Shown here one piece after another: positions 1-7,700 of a DNA stretch of 8,322 bases (the first letter of the stretch is position 1; each line of letters begins with the position of its first letter). The notes below the pieces were generated by a model that searched no databases, was not told where the DNA came from, and saw only the letters and a list, made by a program, of their open reading frames with translations. This DNA is from Azolla caroliniana (lineage: Eukaryota; Plantae; Polypodiophyta): the NCBI GenBank assembly GCA_043228905.1, contig JBHGNT010001448.1:1-8322 (forward strand), in the 5' to 3' direction. The position numbers and the translations under genes are program-made.

Positions 1-890
1 GCTCTTTATCATCTTACTCACTTAACGCCATTACATTATGAACCTACTGTCAAAATTCAAAATGGTCGAGTGTAAGCCCATCTTGACCTCTCTTGATCGC
101 AACTTAAAGTTGCACAAAGCCTTTTGGTTCCCAGCCCTTGCTCTGTCTCACACTTTAAGGATCCTTGCGTCCTTTCCTCCTTCGCACCGCAATTACCAAT
201 CTTGATTGGGACAACCTCAATTCCCAACTCTTGCTTTTGGTTCTCTTGTGATTCTTTGCTCCAATCAGGACAGTGTCACGCTTCCTTGGCCTTGATCGAA
301 CATACTTTCATGGTCATTGCCTTCACCCGAACTTGGGACTCCAGCTGTTCTTCTTCTTCCTTGACTCCAACTTGGTTCACCCCTACTCGAGAAGAACCCC
401 CCTACTGCTTGGGACATTCCCGTGCTAAGTGTGCATCTCCACGGTTGAAGCAACCTAGCTCATGTTGGGACATGGTTTGCATGTTGCTTCTACCCGAGGT
501 TTTAAATTGGGTGTCCCTAGCCCTCCTCTTCCTTGGCTCTTCATACTTAGCTTGGTCATATGTTCCCGATCTACGTCGTCTCTCTATGGATTCTTCTTTG
601 TGTTGGGCTGCCTCCCAATCAACAACCCACTCCGCTATTTCGACCGCTTCTTCTAATGTTTCCGGCTCCATTTTCGCCCGTTCTCTCTGCATCAACAGTC
701 GTTCTCCATACAGGAAACCATGCAACCTATCAAAATCACTCATATTAGTAATTTAAACATTTAATTTCCTACACGTAAAAAACTCTTGAGTTAGATTTCT
801 CCACTCATCTCTCAACTTAAATGGTTCATTAATGAAATACTCCCTTATCCTTTGCTTGAAATCCTCCCAATCTTCAAAGGGTTCCTTTGA
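1..890 (-). mobile_element. Degenerate Ty3/gypsy LTR-retrotransposon gag(-pro) remnant, 5'-truncated
   Basis: The minus-strand frame from ~890 reads KEPFEDWEDFKQRIREYFINEPFKLRDEWRNLTQEFFTCRKLNV*ITNMSDFDRLHGFLYGERLLMQRERAKMEPETLEEAVEIAEWVVD...CFNRGDAHLARECPKQ*. This matches the retrotransposon gag pattern (W..FK..I...F / L..L.Q / MS..D....F..G / P.TLEEA..IAE..VD) followed by a CCHC zinc knuckle at 452-414. The frame has in-frame stops (755-753, 404-402, 278-276), and the second knuckle Cys is CGT (Arg, 443-441). Near 55-27 a frameshifted FDS..VHNVM may be a decayed D(S/T)G protease motif. No LTR was recognised. Confidence 0.85.
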
Positions 891-1109
891 GACTACCCGT
901 TGGGATTGGGTGGTCCCAACCCAAGGTGACACCCTTTTTGGGATAGGGACTGGGACTAGGCCCCTTGGTGAGTTCCAGTTCAGTTAGTACAGGGCAGGGG
1001 AACTATATATATATTGTTGTGTATGATGCCTCTAAGCTCTTGGTAATATATATCTTAAAGCTTGAGCTAACATTTAAAAATTACTAATTCCTTTTCAAGG
1101 TTGAGCTTG

Positions 1110-1167
1110 CTGTAGATCCTCGACTATGAATATATAAAACACTTGGATTTGCATCTCCGCCTCTTTA
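1110..1167 (+). pseudogene. Decayed RLK/Pelle kinase-domain exon (subdomains IV-V)
   Basis: Translates L*ILDYEYIKHLDLHLRLF, a degenerate version of the RLK motif xxLVYEYMxNGxLxxxLF. It has TAG at 1113-1115 and ends at a phase-1 donor-like A|GTAAA (GT at 1168-1169). Confidence 0.7.
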
Positions 1168-1348
1168 GTAAAAACACCTAACTTGGCAATTATATTTAGA
1201 CATGAAGACGAATTTCCGAAATGTACAGCATACCCTTGAATTGGAACTTCTATACTGATTATAAATATCTTGCTAAAAAGTTGAAATTTCCGAACCAATG
1301 TGAAGGGTAACTTCCCGGTAATGCATCTTACTTGGTGCTAATCATGAT

Positions 1349-1449
1349 GGCATGTGACTAGTAAGGATGCATGGTCTTTGAACCGGTGTAGAACGCTTGA
1401 GATAGGGCTTGCTGTTGCTCAAGGCTCGGAATATCTACACACTTTCGCC
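1349..1449 (+). pseudogene. Decayed RLK/Pelle kinase-domain exon (subdomain VIa)
   Basis: From 1351 it translates HVTSKDAWSLNRCRTLEIGLAVAQGSEYLHTFA, matching the RLK consensus L.W..RL.IA..VA.GLEYLH..A. W>R (CGG) and L>S (TCG) are single-base changes. The exon is followed by GAAATT (1450), which looks like a mutated GTAATT donor. The start is approximate because no intact acceptor is present. Confidence 0.8.
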
Positions 1450-1917
1450 GAAATTAACTCCTGTGTAGTATACATGTGAACTTCTTGAATGTTGCACAAG
1501 CACTATAAGACCTATTAGCCATATCTCAGGGCCTCCATTCTCTTACTCTCTCAAAGAATTGGAGGAGTAGGTGTGCTAGTATCGTGATTCTAGTCACTCC
1601 TCCATTCCAATATCCATTCCTAAGCTCCCATTTGCTCTTGTCTTGCCAATGTGTCCTCTGCTATGTAGACTTTGCTGCTGCCTTAGTGTTTGCAGTGTCT
1701 CCTTGACTTCTATAGCAAATTGACACCCCACATTGTGAACTATGTTTGCGCCCACCGCATCCTCAATCAATCAGCAACCAACAATCACAAAGACATATAA
1801 CCATATGTAATGTAACAAGTTAAAATTGGCTATAACACACACTCACTCTTTTCCACTCATTGCATAACCAGTAATGAATCATATCATAAGGGGATCAAAT
1901 CTAGAAGCCTGCAAACC

Positions 1918-2010
1918 TATACAAATATACATGCGTGCATGCAAGCCAACACACACACATACATACACATATATACATCCAAACACTCCATACACACATG
2001 CATACATACC
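1918..2010. repeat. Imperfect (CA/TACA)n microsatellite / low-complexity tract
   Basis: acacacacat acatacacat atatacatcc aaacactcca tacacacatg catacatacc. Confidence 0.8.
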
Positions 2011-2223
2011 ATGTGTTGAGAAGACATACACCAGAATTCTTTTGGCAGACTTACTATTCAATGACATGGATATAGTCATAATATGTCCATCAAGCAAAGA
2101 CACATTCGAAACAAGCACAAATGTCCATCATTCGAAACAGAGGAATCATGAGCTTTAGAAAGGGGATCACCATCCTAGAAACAAATATGGATGGAAGATC
2201 ACTGAAAATAAGGTATATTATGC

Positions 2224-2510
2224 AAACCCTAACTGGAAAAGTTTGAGAATAAAACAAGCATAGCAAGTGAGTCTGACCCGTTCGTCAAAAGTGAACAATA
2301 ACCCTAGAAAATGTTATTACTGATTTGGAAAGAAAAGAATTTGACCAAACCCTCTCCAGAACCCTAGAATCAAAACCTTGGAATGCAAACCCAAAACCTA
2401 AAAACAGATGGAACTCTAAAATATAAAGCATAACCCTACAATGCAGAACCTAACTCTAGAAACGCACGGAAGAATTCAAAATACACAAATTTAGTCAAAC
2501 CCTAACCTTA
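2224..2510 (+). repeat. Cluster of degenerate telomere-like/telo-box motifs (AAACCCTA, AACCCTAGAA)
   Basis: AAACCCTAA occurs at 2224-2232 and 2497-2505, and AACCCTAGAA at 2300-2309 and 2360-2369. Variants (aaaccctct, aaaccttg, aaaacctaa, aaccctaca, aactctagaa) are all in the same orientation in an A-rich tract. Confidence 0.7.
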
Positions 2511-2859
2511 AAACAAAAACAGTATCTGGACAGTGGACACACTGCACCACAATACTATTATATAAGAAACGAAAAAGGAAATAAATAACAAATGGGTTTG
2601 CATTGTTGGTTGAAATTCTAAGAGTTTGTATTGTTTAGACTCTAGAGTGAATATATTTCCTTTCTCAGAATAAATAATACCACGTCAATAAGATCGAGTG
2701 TCAAAACTTTATGTCGAAAACCTCCAAAAACAATCCAACGTAAATATATCAGAACAAATCCAATGTCAACACAAGAGAATATACTTTCAAAATAATTCCA
2801 TCAATACTATTCCATCACATATTGTGACATTTTTTCAGAAGAACTATCAAGTTATGTCA

Positions 2860-3075
2860 TTGTTGACATACTAATGAGTTTAACGAACCCCATAGTGGGT
2901 TTGTGTTTCAACTTATGCTTAGCTTTTGATTTAGTTGTTGACACACTAATTAACAGACTAGGAATGGCCTTGTTTCTCAACATATATGTGTAAATCTTGA
3001 TTTAGTTGTTGACATGCTTGTAATGAGTTAAAAGGACATGGAGTGGCCTCATTCCTTAACTCATGGTTTGGTTTT
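2860..3075 (+). repeat. Degenerate tandem repeat, ~3 copies of a 71-75 bp unit
   Basis: TTGTTGACA occurs at 2860, 2935 and 3006 (spacing 75 and 71). The exact 18-mer TTGATTTAGTTGTTGACA is at 2926-2943 and 2997-3014. TAATGAGTT is shared by copies 1 and 3, and GGA(A/G)TGGCCT by copies 2 and 3. Confidence 0.75.
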
Positions 3076-4661
3076 AAGGGATCTGTATTCTCAATTGTGT
3101 GGCACACATGAACCACGAGTCAAACTCATTTAGGGATTTAAATTTTAGTGGAAGGTTTGACCTTCCGAAAGAGGTTTTTTTCAATGCTTTCCCATATTTG
3201 GAGGAAGAAGATAATATGTATAGTACTTGCTAAAGAAATGCATGTGATAAGTATACAATGCACACTATTCACTCCATAGACTAGGTCATACCTTGGGAGG
3301 GTAATTTCGACACAATCTTGGAATATGTTAAAAACACATCACTTACGCGGAATTAGCCTACACCTTAATGCATTTACTACACTCTTGATTATGATGCAGT
3401 AGTATGATGTACCAACTTGGATGATTCAAATATGCACGCAACATGCTTATGGTCCTAGTGTTAATTATGGGTGGGACATGCCAAAGACATAAAATTGCAG
3501 TAGTTGGAGCAAGGAGTGTAGTCCTACTTTATGCATTATCCCATATAAAATACAAAATCAAAGCTTTTATAAAGGTTTGAATAATTAATATAATGTAAAG
3601 ATGCCCCTTTCAAGATGCCAAAGCCTACACGAACAACATGTAGCTATTTTGGAGCATTTTAAACTCCAATGTGATATCTCATCAAGTTTGGAGAGTGACC
3701 AATTTTTTGTACAAGTGGCGACTAGTTAAGAACAAATGGATATCCCATTTTGCCTATGAAATATAGTTTCACAGATTAATTGTCCGGGGCAATGAAAAAG
3801 ATTTAACATTAGCAAGACAATTAACACCAAAAATTAGTCAAACACTAAACCCATTGCATTGACACAAATGATTGGGATGTCATATTGTTCTCATGGTCCA
3901 TGTACAATTTGCACATACGAAATTGAAGAGCAGACCAAAACTTGTATATAATCGGATTTGAATGTCAAATATGGTAGGTAGCATCTTATGTGCATTGAAG
4001 ATTGTTTGCTAGTAGAAAAGGACACAATGTGGTGTTAAGTTTTTCACTCGTGTTGTATCTTTTCGTAGACTCTCCATCCTATATTTTCATGTCATTCATT
4101 CCATCTTCTTCTAGCAAGTGAGTGAGATCATGAAGAGTCACAGAAGAGCAATATAATAAGGCAATCGTGTACTTATTAACGTACATCACCATGATGAAGG
4201 GCCCGCAAAGACATTCGTTAAAAATAGATTCAATCAATCGCAACCATAAGGAAGAAAGAACATAAACAAATCGCTGGTGCCCAAGGAGACTCATGTGTTT
4301 GGGTCCGAACAATGTCTTTGTATTTTATAAACTCATGCCCATGCCCACTCCTAGGCCCTGTTTTCCCTACTGCCCCTAATACTCTCTGCTTTCACATGTT
4401 GTCACTTTGTCCTAAAACAATCAATGGTGGGATTTTGTTGACCCTGATGTTAGAATTAGATTATTGATGCCCATGATGTTGAGAGCCTCCTCATTTCTAA
4501 GGTCTAACTATCTATGAATTATGGGGGTTAAATCACTAATTCCTCTTGGAGTCTGTACAGCTCCCTAATCATTATCAGCTTCAATCAGCTTAATTCAACC
4601 AAATCTCTTATCAAACCAAGACCCTGCTTCATTCGTGTGGAAACCCCATAATCACCAAATC

Positions 4662-4758
4662 ATGAGGGTCATACCAATTTATGTGTGTTTCTCTTTCATT
4701 ATTGTGCTTCTTCTTCTTCTTCCCCAATCTCCCCATGTCAAAGCTCAAAACAATGAAG
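4662..4758 (+). CDS. Exon 1 (97 nt): signal peptide
   Basis: ATG at 4662; MRVIPIYVCFSFIIVLLLLLPQSPHVKA-QNNE has a hydrophobic core and a VxA cleavage motif. Donor AAG|GTAATT, phase 1. Confidence 0.88.
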
Positions 4759-7700
4759 GTAATTACAAGTTTCTGGATACCAACATTGCTTACTAACAAT
4801 CCTGCCAATCAATTTGATTGATCCCTAAGTATCCTTTATTTGAGACTTACAATCATTCTTCAGATAAATCCTTCAATCGCTTTCCATTTAATCCCCACCT
4901 ATTCTCCATTTGATCCATTTCAGCTTCACCATCGAAATTGTTTGTATCTAGCAACGATGTTTCTTCACAATCTCGTTTCATTCCATCCTTTCCTACTCTT
5001 CATTGCATCTGTGATATTTCTTCATTTCATCCATCACTCCCTCATTTATGCTTCGTCGGATCTGTTATTATTCTTCAATTTGATCTTTACTTTAACCTCA
5101 ATTCGATCCATCATTTCATCCCTACATTGTCGCCATTAATTTGTCCATCATAGTGCTTACTTTCTCTTTATAATTTGGTCTTTATTGGCCTCATTGGCTA
5201 GATTTAATTTGTTGACTTGCATTATATTTTCATAATCTAAATCAACTGATTGCTTCAATCAATTACAGTACAAGCACTCCTGAGTATTAAAACTGCAGTC
5301 GCGGGTTCAGGGTCCAACACAGCATCATGGGATAGTTCTGCATCCAATCCTTGTAATTGGACCGGGGTCACATGCTCCTCCTTTAATCGTGTTATAGCAC
5401 TGTAATTTCTCCTTAATTTTCCATTAACCTCACAGTAAATGCTGATTATGTCGTATTCATTTTAATTCTGGTTTGATAATGCAAAGTATGTTCTATATTT
5501 CATTAATGCTAATCACACTCTGTAGTTAATGATAATCATGAGTTGCAAGTGCTAACTTTGGTCCATTACAGTTAACTAATGCTAATTTTCCTTGTAGTTA
5601 ACATTGGTTGCGTTGTAATTATGATCTTCATGACTGTTTTAAATTTATTTTAGGAATATGTCACAATTTGGTCTACGAGGGACATTACCGAATGATTCAT
5701 TCGCAAGTCTTACAGCATTAACATCATTGGATCTATCATACAATTCCCTCACAAGTCCTTTGCCATCAATTTCTATGTTGACACAATTACATGACTTGTA
5801 TGTTCTCCGTTTCAAAAAATAATATAGATCAGCCCTTATTCTGCTTTTTCTCCACTAACTTGCAACTCATTACTCTAATACTAATGATGTCTTACACTTT
5901 GACAACACATTGCAGGAATTTAACATTCAATGCGTTCAGCGAAAAATTTCCAAATGACATACTAAGCTTAAAACAACTCGTCATATTGTAAGTTTTTATT
6001 TCTGATTATGAAATCCTTCTCTATAATAATTTTCCATTTCTCTGTCTGCAATTGGATCACATTCACAATATCGCGAAACGCATGCAATAATTGAAGAAAT
6101 TCACAAAGTCTGTTTGCCCTTTTGAGAGACAAAACAAACTCTTGAATAACATGTAACATTCATCAACATGTAATAATAAGTCTTCTCTTCTCTTCAGGCG
6201 CATTTCCAACAACTTCTTCCAAGGTGAACTTCCAGAAGCGATATCCACCTTACCCAACCTACAAGAATTGTGAGCCCAATGGATTGTTCTCATTACTTCT
6301 TTCAATTAAACCATCAAAGAAAACAATAGACATACATACATAATATATAAATATGAGAGAGAGACAGAGAGAGAGAGACAGAGAGAGAGATTAATTATTT
6401 TGCTTAATTGCATCTCTAGGTGGCTTGGGAATAGCTCACTCACATCTTTACCCAAAAGCCTTCCATCTATTGTTCACTTGACTGTGTTGTAAGCACAAAT
6501 TACTTGACTCCTCTATTGGGTTTTCTATTGTTGTGGTAATTAACTTCAATATTACATGCGTAGTCCAAATAAGGAATTGTATTTATGTGCTGACATTTTA
6601 CAGAACTGCTTGGGGGAATTCTCTAAAACTAACTCAACTACCGTCAGAATGGGGTGCATTGGTCAACTTGTCATTCTTGTAAGTGAACTTAACTCTTTTT
6701 ATGTGGTGCAATATAAAAAATAAGGGTTTCATATTGGTCTATGCTTAAGTGATTTTGGTGCATACAAGCCATTATCTTAAGTCATGATTACAAGAATACA
6801 TGTAAACATGATGATAGGTGCATCCAAGACATTACCTTCACTTTTTACACAAAAATAAGTTATGTTTAATTCTCAGATTATACACTTGAAAGATAGCTTT
6901 GTGCAAATGACTTGCCGAACTATAGACTGTTTTTTTGAGACAATTAGGCTTGAGCCCATCTTCAGTTTTTTATTTTTCAGAATTAAGCATGATCTTGACT
7001 AAATAGCAAACAAGTAGAACAAGCTGTAAATCATTACCTAATCAATAGAAGACGAATATTATAACTTGAACCAAATTTAAATAGTCTTTTACATAACACA
7101 ATTTTGATAAACTCGTGTTCTTCTTCTCAATAGAAATTTGCATGATATTCAGCTCAGGGGAACTTTACCATCACAATGGGGAGCTAATTTTACTAAGCTG
7201 CAAAGGCTGTATGTATCCACACAAACCTTGCTCAGTACCATTTTTTCTCTTCACTTGATCTAGTGAAAGGAATTGTATTGCATTTAGTCAACCATTCAAT
7301 GGGTTGATATATATGCTTCTGGAGAGCATCTTTCAATAATGTTTTAATGTCATGTAGATGCAATTAATTTTTTTTCTATTTCTTAACTATATGCAGGCAC
7401 CTTTATAATAATGAGTTGACAGGATCTATTCCTGAGAGCTGGAAAGGCATGACAAGCTTGAAGGAGTTGTATGTATAGAAAACTGTTTGTCAATTAACAT
7501 AAAAGAAATCATGACAACCCAAAAATAACTCATTCGAGACAAAAAAATGTATATTATTGTGTACACAGGAGACTGTCTACAAATGACCTCAGTGGCAATG
7601 TTCCAGCTTGGATAGGAAATCTCCAAAACACTGCAGACAGAGTGTAAGCCTCAAGCAAAAACTATTTGTATGTACATGCATACACAAGTAGCTACATACA

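Noticed and set aside
124-756. 210-aa + strand ORF (and nested 462-656, 560-748)
   Set aside because: Antisense shadow of the purine-rich gag remnant; Ser/Leu/Cys-rich with no motif and a non-ATG start.
1095-1298. 67-aa minus ORF
   Set aside because: Antisense to the kinase pseudo-exon and its intron; no recognisable domain.
1874-2158. Overlapping 94-aa (+) and 79-aa (-) ORFs
   Set aside because: Produced by the CA/TACA microsatellite (THTHTY / VCVCV runs).
2860-3075. CRISPR-like array (regularly spaced TTGTTGACA)
   Set aside because: Eukaryotic intron-containing context; the 'spacers' resemble each other, there are only three copies, and no cas genes are present.
4069-4121. Possible terminal exon of the upstream dead paralog (tcgtag|..SPSYIFMSFIPSSSSK*) and the 4079-4312 minus ORF
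   Set aside because: Only an AG and a Ser-rich stretch support it; there is no diagnostic motif.
4321-4332. TATA-like TTTATAAA ~335 bp before the ATG
   Set aside because: Common in AT-rich DNA, and there is no TSS information to support it.
4840-5153. 99-aa and 71-aa hydrophobic ORFs
   Set aside because: Lie within intron 1 and result from the pyrimidine-rich low-complexity tract.
5791-7626. ORF-track calls 5791-5991, 5968-6159, 6063-6305, 7426-7626
   Set aside because: Either intron read-through into exon 4 or antisense to LRR exons; explained by the spliced model.
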